Assembly (NCBI GenBank): GCA_035544875.1
Contig: DASZZP010000083.1
Coordinates: forward strand, 384,219 to 448,218
Reading direction: 5' to 3'
DNA length: 64,000 nucleotides
DNA from: Thermoanaerobaculia bacterium
GTDB lineage: Bacteria; Acidobacteriota; Thermoanaerobaculia; Multivoradales; UBA5704
Below the pieces are notes generated by a model. It was not told the DNA's origin. It searched no databases and saw only the letters and a list, made by a program, of their open reading frames with translations. The position numbers and the translations under genes were made by a program. Every line of letters begins with the position of its first letter. Within the stretch, counting starts at the first letter, position 1. This document shows positions 38,441-48,161 of this stretch, in pieces.

Positions 38441-39013
38441 ATGAAAGCTCTCGACATCGAGATCCATCCGCTGATCGAAAGGCTGCGCTGCGCGGTAAGG
38501 CTGGGCGACCCGGCGGTCATCACCAAGCGCATCAAGGACGAGCTCGAATCTTTCATCCCCGCCGACGGGCTGCTGCTGCCGGAGGCCTTCCGGCGGACCC
38601 GCCCGGATTCGTACTGCCGGCGGCTCTTCTACCGCGATCCCGAGCTCGGCTTCACGGCGCTGGTCATGACCTGGGGTCCCGGACAGGCGACGGCGCTGCA
38701 CGACCATGCCGGCATCTGGTGCGTCGAAGGGGTCGTCGAAGGCGAGATGGAGGTCACCCGCTTCGATCTCGTCGACGAGTCGGAGCGGGGGCTCTGCCGT
38801 TTCGTCGAGAAGGGCAAGGCCCACGCCCGCGCCGGCTCGGCCGGGGCCTTGATCCCGCCTTTCGACTACCACGTGCTGGCCAACGTCAATCCCGACCGGA
38901 TCGCCCTGTCTCTCCACGTCTACGGCGGCGAGATGAATCACTGCTCGGTCTTCCTTCCCGAACCGGGCGGCCTCCACCGCCGGCAGCTCAAACAGCTTTC
39001 TTACGACGCGTAG
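38441..39013 (+). CDS. cupin-fold cysteine dioxygenase type I family protein
   Basis: CDO-like cupin with metal-binding His motifs (ALHDHAGIWCV...FDYHVLANV...HVYGGEM). AAAGGACGG SD. Confidence 0.65.
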   Translation: MKALDIEIHPLIERLRCAVRLGDPAVITKRIKDELESFIPADGLLLPEAFRRTRPDSYCRRLFYRDPELGFTALVMTWGPGQATALHDHAGIWCVEGVVEGEMEVTRFDLVDESERGLCRFVEKGKAHARAGSAGALIPPFDYHVLANVNPDRIALSLHVYGGEMNHCSVFLPEPGGLHRRQLKQLSYDA

Positions 39014-39384
39014 GGCCCCCTCCGCCCCGGCCTGCTCTCTCCAAGTAAGACAGACCTAACGCCCCTTGGCGGGGGGAGCGTTGGAGGTCACGACCTGGGT
39101 CCGCGCGCTGGCCGGGGTTGGTGAGAAAGACGCTCTGGGGGGAGGGAGTGATGGCGCGCGGACCCAGGTCGCGAGGTGACCTCCGACGCCCCGGACCGGC
39201 AGCGGGGGGAATTGCCCTGCAGCCCTCGCACACCCCCTCGCCACCTCGACGAAGCTGGTGCAGTGAGCGAGGACCCTGCGGAGGGCGCGGCCGTTGGCAC
39301 CTTGGGTTCGTTCCACTCTCCTCAGGACAGTGCCAGGACGGAGGGGGCTCACCTCCGGGGCTCACCTCCGGTAATATCGCTAGC

Positions 39385-41073
39385 GTGCTGCCCGAGCTGA
39401 CCAGCGCCGAGCCGGAGGCCCAGGTGAAGTGGGCCAAGGTCATCGACAACACGCGCTGCATTGGCTGCCACGCCTGCACCACCGCCTGCAAATCGGAGAA
39501 CCAGGTGCCGCTCTCGGTGACGCGCACCTACGTCAAGTACGTGGAGGTGGGCGTCTTCCCTCAGGCCCGGCGGGTATTCCAGGTTACCCGCTGCAATCAA
39601 TGCGACTCCGCTCCCTGCACGGTCGCCTGTCCCACCAGCGCGATGTACCGGCGGCCCGACGGCATCGTCGACTTCGACAAGTCGATCTGCATCGGCTGCA
39701 AGGCCTGCATCGCAGCCTGCCCCTACGACGCCATCTTCATCAATCCCGAAGACCATTCGGCCGAGAAGTGCAACTTCTGCGCGCACCGCCTGGACGTCGG
39801 GCTCGAGCCGGCTTGCGTCGTGGTCTGCCCCACCGAGGCGATCCTGGTCGGCGACCTCAACGATCCGGCCTCGCGGGTGGCGCAGATCGTCCACCGTGAG
39901 CCGGTCGCCGTGCGCCGCCCCGAGAAGGCGACGCTGCCGAAGCTCTTCTACCGCGGCGCCCATCAGGCAACGCTCGATCCGCTGGCGGCCAGGCGGCCGG
40001 CCGGCGGTCTTTTCTCGTGGAGTCAGCAGCAGCCGTTGGGTGGAGGTGAGGTGGTCTCCGGTTACCCGGATCTCGCCGGGCGGAGCAACTCCTCCGCCGC
40101 GGCCCTCCTCGCCTATGACATTCCCCACCGGGCTCCCTGGGACTGGCGCGTGAGCCTCTACACCCTGACCAAGGGAATCGCCGCCGGCGTCTATCTGGTG
40201 GCCCTGCTGCTCATGGCGCTCGGCCGGCTGAGCGCCACGAGCCCGCTCTGGCTGTTCCAGGTGCCGGTCCTGGCCGGCCTCTTCCTGGCCGCAACCGGCG
40301 CCCTCCTGATCTGGGACCTGGAGCACCCCGCCCGCTTCTACCTCATCTTCACCCGGCCGCAGTGGCGCAGCTGGCTGGTGCGCGGAGCATTTCTCATCGG
40401 CGGCTATGCGGTCACGCTCGCCCTCCACCTGCTCTGTGCCGTTGCCGGCCGGCCGCAGCTCACCCGGCTGCTTATCTGGCTCGGCCTGCCTCTGGCGCTG
40501 CTCACGGCGGTCTACACTGCTTATCTCTTCGCCCAGGCGAAGGCCCGCGACCTCTGGCAGAACCCGTTGCTGCCGCCGCATCTCGCGGTCCAGGCCGTGC
40601 TGGCCGGGGCTGCGGCCCTCGTGCCGGCGGTCATCCTGAGCATGCCGGCCGCGCCGCGCCTGCTGCCGTCTCTGCTCGCCATCCTGGCCGCCGTCTGCCT
40701 GCTCCACCTCGGGCTGGTTCTCGGCGAGCTGACGATGACCCACGCCACGGCGCACGCGCACCTGGCCAGCCAGGAGATGCTCCGCGGCCGCTTCCGCGCC
40801 TGGTTCTGGGCAAGCATCGCGCTGGTTGGCGCGGCCGCGGCAATGTCCTGGCTCGGCGCCGCGGGTGCCACCGCGCATCTAACGGGCAGCGTTGCAGGCA
40901 CTGCCGCGGATCTGATGGGCGGTGCTGCCGCAGCCGCGGATCTAGTGGGCGGCGCGGCCTCGGCCGCGCCTTACTTCTTGATCGGCGCCGGAGCCGCCCT
41001 CTTCGCCCTCCTGGGTTTGCTAGCCTTCGAGCACGCCTACGTGCAGGCGGGCCAGGCAGTGCCGCTGGCCTAG
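39385..41073 (+). CDS. fused 4Fe-4S ferredoxin subunit + NrfD/PsrC-type membrane anchor of a molybdoenzyme complex (TtrB-TtrC-like fusion)
   Basis: Four CxxCxxCxxxCP clusters (CIGCHACTTAC, CNQCDSAPCTVACP, CIGCKACIAACP, CNFCAHR...CVVVCP), then 8+ TM helices of NrfD type. GTG 39385 chosen because upstream in-frame sequence is non-protein-like. Start is uncertain. Confidence 0.7.
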   Translation: MLPELTSAEPEAQVKWAKVIDNTRCIGCHACTTACKSENQVPLSVTRTYVKYVEVGVFPQARRVFQVTRCNQCDSAPCTVACPTSAMYRRPDGIVDFDKSICIGCKACIAACPYDAIFINPEDHSAEKCNFCAHRLDVGLEPACVVVCPTEAILVGDLNDPASRVAQIVHREPVAVRRPEKATLPKLFYRGAHQATLDPLAARRPAGGLFSWSQQQPLGGGEVVSGYPDLAGRSNSSAAALLAYDIPHRAPWDWRVSLYTLTKGIAAGVYLVALLLMALGRLSATSPLWLFQVPVLAGLFLAATGALLIWDLEHPARFYLIFTRPQWRSWLVRGAFLIGGYAVTLALHLLCAVAGRPQLTRLLIWLGLPLALLTAVYTAYLFAQAKARDLWQNPLLPPHLAVQAVLAGAAALVPAVILSMPAAPRLLPSLLAILAAVCLLHLGLVLGELTMTHATAHAHLASQEMLRGRFRAWFWASIALVGAAAAMSWLGAAGATAHLTGSVAGTAADLMGGAAAAADLVGGAASAAPYFLIGAGAALFALLGLLAFEHAYVQAGQAVPLA

Positions 41074-41167
41074 TCTGAGTCTGGTTGCCCGGAGGGGATC
41101 GTGCCATGCGAACGGGATGCGAGCTGAACGGACCGCAGACAGCGCTCTAAGGGAGAGGGAAGCGGGC

Positions 41168-44164
41168 ATGGGCATCAGAGACCTCGCACGGCGGGTGAGC
41201 GCGGCGCGGACGGCAGCCGAAGCGCGGGGCGAGACGTTCTACCCCGGCGCGAGCCGGGTCCACCTCGCCGCCTTTCCGCCCAAGGAGCGCTGGGACGACT
41301 GGGTGGAGCTCGACTCGCGCTCGTGGCCCGAGCGGGTTGAGCGCCGCTACCTGCTGGTGCCCACCACCTGCTTCAACTGCGAGTCGGCATGCGGCCTGCT
41401 CGCCTACGTCGAGCGCGAGACGCTGCAGGTGGCGAAGTTCGAGGGCAACCCAGAGCATCCGGGCTCGCGCGGGCGCAACTGCGCCAAGGGGCCTGCCACC
41501 CTGAACCAGGTCACCGACCCGGACCGCATCCTCTTTCCGCTCAAGCGTGCCGGGCGGCGCGGCGAGGGCAAATGGGAGCGGGTGGGTTGGGACGAGGTCC
41601 TCGACGAGCTTGCCCGGCGCATCCGCAGGGCGATCGTCGAGCGGCGCCAGGGCGAGATCATGTATCACGTCGGACGTCCGGGAGAGGACGGATTCACCGA
41701 GCGCGTGCTGGCCAACTGGGGCGTGGATGGGCACAACTCCCACACCAACATCTGCTCCGCCGGCGCCCGCGCCGGCTACGCGTTCTGGAGCGGCATCGAC
41801 CGGCCGAGCCCCGACCACGCGCGCGCCAAGCTGATCCTCCTGGTGAGCTCCCACCTCGAGGCTGGCCACTACTTCAACCCGCACGCGCAGCGCATCATCG
41901 AAGGCAAGCAGCAGGGCGCCAAGCTGATCGTCTTCGACACGCGGCTCTCCAACACCGCCACCCACGCCGACCTCTGGGCGGCGCCGATCCCGGGCTCCGA
42001 GGCGGCGATCTTCCTCGCGGTCGCCAACCATCTGATCCAGAACCGGCTCTACGACCGCGAGTTCGTGCGCCGGTGGTGGAACTGGCAGGAATACCTCGAA
42101 ACCGAGCACCCGGAGCTCGCGCCGTCGTTCGAGAGCTTCGAGACGGTGCTCGGGACGCTCTATGCCGGCTATTCCTTCGACTACGCCGCCGCCGAGTCGG
42201 GGCTGGAAGCCGGCGTCGTCGCGCAGATCGCCGAGCTGGTGGCGGGCGCCGGCACGCGTCTGGCGACCCACACCTGGCGCAGCGCCGCCTCCGGCAACCT
42301 CGGGGGCTGGCAGGTGGCGCGCACCCTGTTCCTGCTCAACGCCCTGCTCGGGGCGGTGGCGACCGAGGGCGGCACCTATCCCAATGCCTGGAACAAGTTC
42401 GTTCCCCGGCCCATCCATCTGCCGCGCCACCCGGAGCACTGGAACGAGCTCACCTGGCCGGTCGAGTATCCGCTGTCCATGTACGAGCTGTCGTTTCTGC
42501 TGCCGCACCTGCTCAAGGAGCGGCGCGGGCGGCTCGACGTCTATTTCACCCGGGTCTACAACCCGGTGTGGACTAACCCCGACGGCTTCAGCTGGATCGA
42601 GGTGTTGACCGACGAGCAGCTGGTGGGCCTGCACGTCGCCCTCACCCCGACCTGGAGCGAGACCGCCTACTTCGCCGACTTCGTCCTGCCCATGGGGCAC
42701 GGCTCCGAGCGCCACGACCTCCACTCGTACGAGACCCACGACGCGCAGTGGCTGGGCTTCCGCCAGCCGGTGCTGCGGGCCGCCCGCGCCCGGCTCGGCG
42801 AAGCCATTCACGACAGCCGCGAGGCAAACCCCGGCGAGGTCTGGGAGGAGAACGAGTTCTGGCTGGAGCTCACCTGGCGCATCGATCCCGACGGCAGCCT
42901 GGGCATCCGCAAGTTCGCCGAGTCGCTTGCCCGCCCCGGCACGCGCCTGAGCGTCGAGGAGTACTACGGCTATATCTTCGAGAACTCCGTTCCCGGGCTG
43001 CCGGAAAGGGCCAGGAAAGAAGGGCTCGAGCCGCTGGCCTTCATGCGCCGCTACGGCGCCTTCGAGATCGCCCGCGGGATCGGCCCGGTCCACGAGCGCG
43101 AAGTCCCGGCGGTGGAGCTGGTGGACGTGGCCGAGGACCGCTACGGGCGGGTCTACAGCCGCGCGCCGAAGCCGCCGGCGCTCAATCTGGTGCCCACCGG
43201 CCTCCCCGATCCTGACGCCTCCGGCCGGCGGCTTGCCGGCGTGCGCGTGGACGGCATGGTGCGGGCGGGGTTCCCCACCCCCAGCGGCCGGCTCGAGTTC
43301 TATTCGGGGACGCTGGCGCGCTGGGGCTGGCGCGAGCAGGCGCTGCCGGGCTACATCCGGAGCCACGTTCATCCGCAGAGCCTGGGCGAGGGGCAGATGT
43401 GCCTCATCTCGACCTTCCGGCTGCCGGTCCACATCCACACCCGCAGCGCCAACGCCAAGTGGCTGGACGAGATCGCCCACAGCAACCCGCTCTGGATCCA
43501 TCCCCGCGACGCGGCGCGCCTGGGCGTCGGGACCGGCGACCTGGTGCGGATCGAGACCGAGATCGGCCATTTCGTCGACCAGGCCTGGGTGACGGAGGGG
43601 ATTCGGCCCGGGGTGGTGGCCTGCAGCCATCACATGGGGCGCTGGAAGCTCTCCGGGCAGGGCCAGGGCCAGCGGCAGCTCATGGCCACCGTAGCGCTCG
43701 GCCACGAGGGGAGCGCCTGGACGATGCGCCGCGAGCGCGGCGTCGAGCCCTACGCCTCGGCCGATCCCGACTCGGCGCGGATCTGGTGGACCGACACGGG
43801 CGTGCACCAGAACCTGACCTTTCCGGTCCACCCCGATCCGGTCTCCGGCATGCACTGCTGGCACCAGGCGGTGCGGGTGCGGAAGGCCGAGACCGGCGAC
43901 CGCTACGGCGAGGTCGCCGTCGACACCGCGAAATCGCACCAGGTCTACAAGGAGTGGCTTGCCAGGACCCGCCCGGCCACCCGGATCTCGCCCGACGGCA
44001 CGCGCCGGCCCCACTGGTTGATCCGGCCGCTCCGGCCTTCGCGCGAGGCCTACCGCCTGCCCCAAGGTCCGCCAGGCTCATCCACCACATCAGCCCCGCC
44101 GCGGTCCGACCCGCCTGCTGCCGCCGCCGGCGGTGCCCCGGGCCAGGGCCCGGGCCAGGGCTAG
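41168..44164 (+). CDS. molybdopterin (bis-MGD) oxidoreductase catalytic subunit, TtrA/PsrA/PhsA/SrdA-like, no Tat signal detected
   Basis: GGGAGAGGGA SD then ATG 41168. N-terminal 4Fe-4S motif CFNCESACGLL...C. MopB domain (GRNCAKG, HTNICSAGARAGY Cys ligand candidate). C-terminal molydopterin-dinucleotide-binding domain. No RRxFLK or hydrophobic h-region at the N-terminus. Confidence 0.8.
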   Translation: MGIRDLARRVSAARTAAEARGETFYPGASRVHLAAFPPKERWDDWVELDSRSWPERVERRYLLVPTTCFNCESACGLLAYVERETLQVAKFEGNPEHPGSRGRNCAKGPATLNQVTDPDRILFPLKRAGRRGEGKWERVGWDEVLDELARRIRRAIVERRQGEIMYHVGRPGEDGFTERVLANWGVDGHNSHTNICSAGARAGYAFWSGIDRPSPDHARAKLILLVSSHLEAGHYFNPHAQRIIEGKQQGAKLIVFDTRLSNTATHADLWAAPIPGSEAAIFLAVANHLIQNRLYDREFVRRWWNWQEYLETEHPELAPSFESFETVLGTLYAGYSFDYAAAESGLEAGVVAQIAELVAGAGTRLATHTWRSAASGNLGGWQVARTLFLLNALLGAVATEGGTYPNAWNKFVPRPIHLPRHPEHWNELTWPVEYPLSMYELSFLLPHLLKERRGRLDVYFTRVYNPVWTNPDGFSWIEVLTDEQLVGLHVALTPTWSETAYFADFVLPMGHGSERHDLHSYETHDAQWLGFRQPVLRAARARLGEAIHDSREANPGEVWEENEFWLELTWRIDPDGSLGIRKFAESLARPGTRLSVEEYYGYIFENSVPGLPERARKEGLEPLAFMRRYGAFEIARGIGPVHEREVPAVELVDVAEDRYGRVYSRAPKPPALNLVPTGLPDPDASGRRLAGVRVDGMVRAGFPTPSGRLEFYSGTLARWGWREQALPGYIRSHVHPQSLGEGQMCLISTFRLPVHIHTRSANAKWLDEIAHSNPLWIHPRDAARLGVGTGDLVRIETEIGHFVDQAWVTEGIRPGVVACSHHMGRWKLSGQGQGQRQLMATVALGHEGSAWTMRRERGVEPYASADPDSARIWWTDTGVHQNLTFPVHPDPVSGMHCWHQAVRVRKAETGDRYGEVAVDTAKSHQVYKEWLARTRPATRISPDGTRRPHWLIRPLRPSREAYRLPQGPPGSSTTSAPPRSDPPAAAAGGAPGQGPGQG

Positions 44165-44191
44165 GCCCGAGCCCGGCGTGGCCGCCTGACC

Positions 44192-45124
44192 GTGGAGCTC
44201 TTCCGGGCCCTGGGCGCCCTCTGCGAGTCGCCGCGCCCCGAGCTGCAGGGGATCGCCGACCTCCTCGAGCTCGGAGCGCTCCCCACGCGCGCCGCCCACG
44301 GCGACCTCTTCCTCTTCCAGCTCTACCCCTACGCCTCGGTCTATCTGGGCGCCGAGGGAATGATGGGAGGAGAGGCGGGCGACCGGATCGCGGGCTTCTG
44401 GCGCGCTCTCGGGCAGACGCCGCCGCCGGAGCCCGACCATCTGGCGCTGATGCTCGGCCTGCAGGCGCGACTCAGCGAGCTCGAGGCGGCGGCGGAGGCC
44501 GCTGACGGACCGGAGCGGGAACGACCTGCCGGCAGCGCCGGCTATGGCGACGGCAACCTGGCGGCAGCGCCGGCCGCCGGCCGCTGGCGCCACGCCCGCG
44601 CGGCCTTTCTGTGGGAGCACCTGCTCTGCTGGCTGCCGCTCTTCCTCGGCAAGCTCGCCGGCCTCGCGGCGGTCGCCGCGCCGTTCTACCTGCGCTGGGG
44701 CGCCCTCCTGCGCGACGCCTTGCGCGAGGAGGCGGCCGCCCTGCGCCTGCCGGCCCGGCTGCCGCTGCACCTGCGCGCCGCGCCCGGCATCGCGAGCCCC
44801 CGGGATGAAGAGGGGGGGCCGCAAGCCTTCCTACGATCGCTGCTCAGCCCGGTGCGCAGCGGCATGATCCTCACCCGCGCCGACCTCGCCCGCGCCGCTC
44901 GCGACCTCGATCTGGCGCCGCGGGCCGGCGAGCGCCGCCTGGCCCTCGAGACCATGCTCGATCAGGACGCCGCGGCAGCCCTGGCCTGGCTCGGCGCCGA
45001 GGCCGCCGCCTGGGCGGGCCGCCACCAGCCGGAGCTCCACTTCGCCCCGCAGCTCGCCGACTTCTGGCGCGCCCGCGCCGAGGCCACCGCCCGGCTGCTC
45101 GGTGACCTGTGGGCGGACCTCTAG
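44192..45124 (+). CDS. TorD/DmsD/NarJ-family redox-enzyme maturation chaperone
   Basis: Immediately follows the catalytic subunit. Contains the TorD signature region FLFQLYPYASVYLGAEGMMGGE (cf. PYESVY). Ala/Leu-rich helical protein. Confidence 0.6.
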   Translation: MELFRALGALCESPRPELQGIADLLELGALPTRAAHGDLFLFQLYPYASVYLGAEGMMGGEAGDRIAGFWRALGQTPPPEPDHLALMLGLQARLSELEAAAEAADGPERERPAGSAGYGDGNLAAAPAAGRWRHARAAFLWEHLLCWLPLFLGKLAGLAAVAAPFYLRWGALLRDALREEAAALRLPARLPLHLRAAPGIASPRDEEGGPQAFLRSLLSPVRSGMILTRADLARAARDLDLAPRAGERRLALETMLDQDAAAALAWLGAEAAAWAGRHQPELHFAPQLADFWRARAEATARLLGDLWADL

Positions 45125-45185
45125 CGCGAGAACGTGTAGATGATCCTCATTCCCACCCGAATAGGCCGACGAGGGCAATGACACC

Positions 45186-45533
45186 TCATGGATGGGCGGC
45201 GCCCATGACCTGGATGCGCCCTCGCTCGCGGTTGCGGGGCTTCGCCTTGACCACGATCTCCACGTCCTGGCCGAGTGCGGTCAAGAGGCGCATCAGGCGC
45301 TCGCTGGAGAAGTTCGCGAGACGACCGTTGAGCAGCGCCGAGACCTTCGGCTGATCGACGCCCATGAGCGCTGCCGCGGCGGCCTGGGTCAGCCGCCGGC
45401 GCTTGATGATCTGCCGGATGTGGCTGGCAAGCTGGGCCTTGGTCAGCTCCTCTTCGGGCTCGGCGAAACCTAGATCGGCGAACACGTTGCCGCTGCTTGG
45501 CGTCACCGGGATCTCGGGTTCTTGCTTGACCAT
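45186..45533 (-). CDS. XRE-family helix-turn-helix regulator (HigA-type antitoxin-like), no adjacent toxin gene
   Basis: HTH region LTQAAAAALMGVDQPKVSALLNGRL with C-terminal SERLMRLLTALGQDVEIVVK. Low-GC gene. No RelE/HigB-like ORF on either side. Confidence 0.7.
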   Translation of the reverse strand: MVKQEPEIPVTPSSGNVFADLGFAEPEEELTKAQLASHIRQIIKRRRLTQAAAAALMGVDQPKVSALLNGRLANFSSERLMRLLTALGQDVEIVVKAKPRNRERGRIQVMGAAHP

Positions 45534-45644
45534 TGGTCATAATCCTCTCTTGCCCGCTTGAGTTGCTGCCGACCCAGCGTACCGGCTTGGGCTGGATCTG
45601 GTCTCGGGTCGCCATCTTCAGTCGATCGCTTGTTCCCCTAAAGA

Positions 45645-45664
45645 CTATGCCTGTTCAGGCATAG
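45645..45664. promoter_or_regulatory. perfect 9-bp inverted repeat CTATGCCTG-tt-CAGGCATAG (operator candidate and/or terminator stem)
   Basis: Lies 110 bp upstream of the XRE gene, overlapping a TTGACC(-35)...TAGTCT(-10) candidate on the minus strand. It also sits immediately after the ptrB stop (45672), followed by TCTTT on that strand. Confidence 0.45.
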
Positions 45665-45671
45665 GGTCAAG

Positions 45672-47858
45672 CTAACGCGCCGGCGACGCCGCGGCCTCCT
45701 TCGCCGCGTCGCGGCCGAGGCAGTCGAAGAGGAAGGCGTAGTAGAGGGCGGTCTCGTGTAGGCGCTGGAAGCGGCCCGATCTGCCGCCGTGCCCGGCCTC
45801 CATGTTGACGTGGAGGAGCAGCGGGCGGGAATCGGTTTTCCGCGCCCGGAGTTTTGCCACCCACTTCGCGGGCTCGAAATACTGGACCTGGCTGTCCCAC
45901 AGGCCGGTCGACACCATGAGCGCCGGGTAGGCCTTGCGCTCGACGTTGTCGTAGGGCGAGTAGGAAAGCATGTAGTCGTAGTAGGTCTTCTCTTTTGGAT
46001 TCCCCCACTCGTCGAATTCGTTGCTCGTGAGCGGTATGGTCGCGTCGAGCATGGTGGTCACGACGTCGACGAAGGGCACCAGCGCGACGACGCCGCGGTA
46101 GCACTCCGGGCACTGGTTGACGACCGCGCCCATGAGCAGCCCGCCAGCGCTGCCTCCGAGAGCAAAGATCCTGTCCCGCGCCGCGTAACCGGAAGCGGCG
46201 AGGAAGCGCGTCACGTCCACGAAGTCGTTGAAGGTGTTTTTCTTGTTGAGCAGCTTGCCGTTCTCGTACCAGCTCCTTCCGAGCTCCTGGCCGCCGCGGA
46301 TGTGGGCGATCGCGTAGACGAAGCCGCGGTCGAGAAGTGAAAGGAGGTTGGGCTCGAAGGAGGGGTCCGAGGCAGCGCCGTAGGAGCCGTAGCCGTACTG
46401 CAGGAGGGGCGCGCTGCCGTCGCGGGCGAAGCCCTTGCGGTAGACGATCGAGACCGGGATGCGCTGGCCGTCGCGGGCGGGCGCCCAGACGTACTCGGAC
46501 TCGTAGCGCGCCGGGTCGAAGCCGCCGAGGACCGGAGTGCGCTTGAGCAGCTTCCGGGCGCCGGTCGCGAGCTCGAGGTCGTAGGTGGTCGCCGGAATCG
46601 TGAGCGACGAATAGACGTAGCGCAGCGTGCCGGAATCCTGCTCCGGGTTCTGCCCCATCCGCATGACGTAGGCCGGATCTTCGGCGTCGATCAGCCACTC
46701 CTTGCCGTCGCTCCAGCGCTTGACGCGGATCTTGCGCAGCCCGCCCGAGCGCTCGCCGACGGCGAAGTAGTCCTTGAGCGCCGCGAAGTCGTCGTAGACG
46801 AAGGCGTCCTCGCGCGCCGGCACGACGTCTTGCCATGCCGCGCGGTCGGCGACCCGCGCCATCGGCGCGCGGACGATGCGGAAATTCTTCGCCCTCCAGT
46901 TGGTGCGCAGGACGAAATCGCCGCCCAGGTCCGTGGCGTCGTACTCGTGATCGCGCTCGCGCGGCATGAGGATGTGGAAGGCGAGCCGCGGGTCGTCGGC
47001 GCTCGCCAGCCATTCCTCGGAAGCCACCGTGCAGTAGACCTTGATCCAGAGGAAGCGGTCGCTCGGACTCTTGCTCACATGGATGTAGTACGACTGGTCC
47101 TTCTCCTCGTACACCAGGGGATCTCGTTTGGGGTCGGTGCCGAGGACGTGCTTCTTCACCCGCTGGCCAAGCAGAGTGACCGGGTCCTTCTCGATGTAGA
47201 GCACGGTGCGGTTGTCGTTGGCCCAGGCGAAATCGGGCTCGACGCCCGGGATCGCGTCCGGCAACGCCGCGCCGGATTCGAGATTGCGGAAGCGCAGGGT
47301 GTAGCGGCGGCGCCCGACGGTGTCCTCGCCGTAGGCCAGGATCCGTCCGTCCCGGGTCACGGTGGTGCCGGCAATCTGGAAGAAGGAGTGACCGGCGGCG
47401 AGCGCGTTGCCGTCCAGCATGATCAGCTCCGGCGCCTCGGGCGAGCCCTTCCGGCGGGCGTAGATCGGGTACTCCTTGCCTTCCTCGAAGCGCTGGTAGT
47501 ACCAGTAGCCGTTCTTGCGCTGCGGCACCGTCGAATCGTCCTGCTTGATCCGCCCCTGCAGCTCGCGGAAGAGGAGGTCTTGCTCTGCCTGCGTGTGCGC
47601 CGTCATCGCGTCGGTATACGCGTTCTCTGCCTTGAGATATGCGAGGACCTCGGGTTTCGACCGCGTGTCATCGCGCAGCCAGTAGTAGTCGTCGCTGCGC
47701 GCCCCGTTCGGGGAGGGGACGTCGTGGGGGTGCACCGCGGCGACCGGCGGAGCGGGAGCGGGCCGCGAATCCGGCGCCGCCACCACGCTGGCGGTCGCAT
47801 GTGCGAGCAAAGACGCGAACGCGACGGCGGGCACGAATCGGAGCAAGCGCATGCGCAT
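45672..47858 (-). CDS. ptrB: secreted oligopeptidase B / prolyl oligopeptidase (S9A family)
   Basis: Signal MRMRLLRFVPAVAFASLLAHATA. N-terminal beta-propeller then catalytic domain with GGSAGGLLMG (Ser nucleophile) ...D...H. Full-length family similarity. Confidence 0.85.
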   Translation of the reverse strand: MRMRLLRFVPAVAFASLLAHATASVVAAPDSRPAPAPPVAAVHPHDVPSPNGARSDDYYWLRDDTRSKPEVLAYLKAENAYTDAMTAHTQAEQDLLFRELQGRIKQDDSTVPQRKNGYWYYQRFEEGKEYPIYARRKGSPEAPELIMLDGNALAAGHSFFQIAGTTVTRDGRILAYGEDTVGRRRYTLRFRNLESGAALPDAIPGVEPDFAWANDNRTVLYIEKDPVTLLGQRVKKHVLGTDPKRDPLVYEEKDQSYYIHVSKSPSDRFLWIKVYCTVASEEWLASADDPRLAFHILMPRERDHEYDATDLGGDFVLRTNWRAKNFRIVRAPMARVADRAAWQDVVPAREDAFVYDDFAALKDYFAVGERSGGLRKIRVKRWSDGKEWLIDAEDPAYVMRMGQNPEQDSGTLRYVYSSLTIPATTYDLELATGARKLLKRTPVLGGFDPARYESEYVWAPARDGQRIPVSIVYRKGFARDGSAPLLQYGYGSYGAASDPSFEPNLLSLLDRGFVYAIAHIRGGQELGRSWYENGKLLNKKNTFNDFVDVTRFLAASGYAARDRIFALGGSAGGLLMGAVVNQCPECYRGVVALVPFVDVVTTMLDATIPLTSNEFDEWGNPKEKTYYDYMLSYSPYDNVERKAYPALMVSTGLWDSQVQYFEPAKWVAKLRARKTDSRPLLLHVNMEAGHGGRSGRFQRLHETALYYAFLFDCLGRDAAKEAAASPAR

Positions 47859-47939
47859 GAGGCCTCCACCGAGCAGAAGGCCGCCGGGCAGGTGCACGCC
47901 GGCGCGACCGCTCGAGCCCGGCAATCCTACTCGAAGGAA

Positions 47940-48100
47940 ATTGGTCCGCGCGCCAGGGGAGGGGGCGTCCCCTTCCCCCCCGGCGCCGCCGGGCAGGGAC
48001 CCGGCGGCTTCCGACAACCGGGAAGGGGACTCGCGGGGGTTGCGGGGGGCGATCCGATCGATGCTTCGAGTAGGCCTCGACCGCCACATCGCAGCAGCGT
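47940..48100 (+). repeat. GC-rich intergenic repeat element, copy 4
   Basis: gaaattggtccgcgcgccaggggagggggcgtccccttccccccc...gggttgcggggggcgatccgatcgatgcttcgagtaggcctcgaccgccacatcgcagcagcg. Same ends as copies 1 and 2 with a divergent middle. Confidence 0.85.
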
Positions 48101-48161
48101 TACATGCCGCGGGATCGGCACCGCCGGTGGGCGCTCGAACCTGTTCAGGGCAAAGCGGCTG

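Noticed and set aside
41147-44065. 972-aa minus-strand ORF
   Set aside because: Antisense to the molybdopterin oxidoreductase gene, which has unambiguous MopB motifs on the plus strand. Artefact.
41168-44164. Possibility that the molybdoenzyme catalytic subunit is a selenoprotein (given the Sec-containing selD nearby)
   Set aside because: No in-frame TGA within the gene. The position equivalent to the Sec/Cys Mo ligand carries Cys (HTNICSAG). The frame is continuous from 41168 to 44164.
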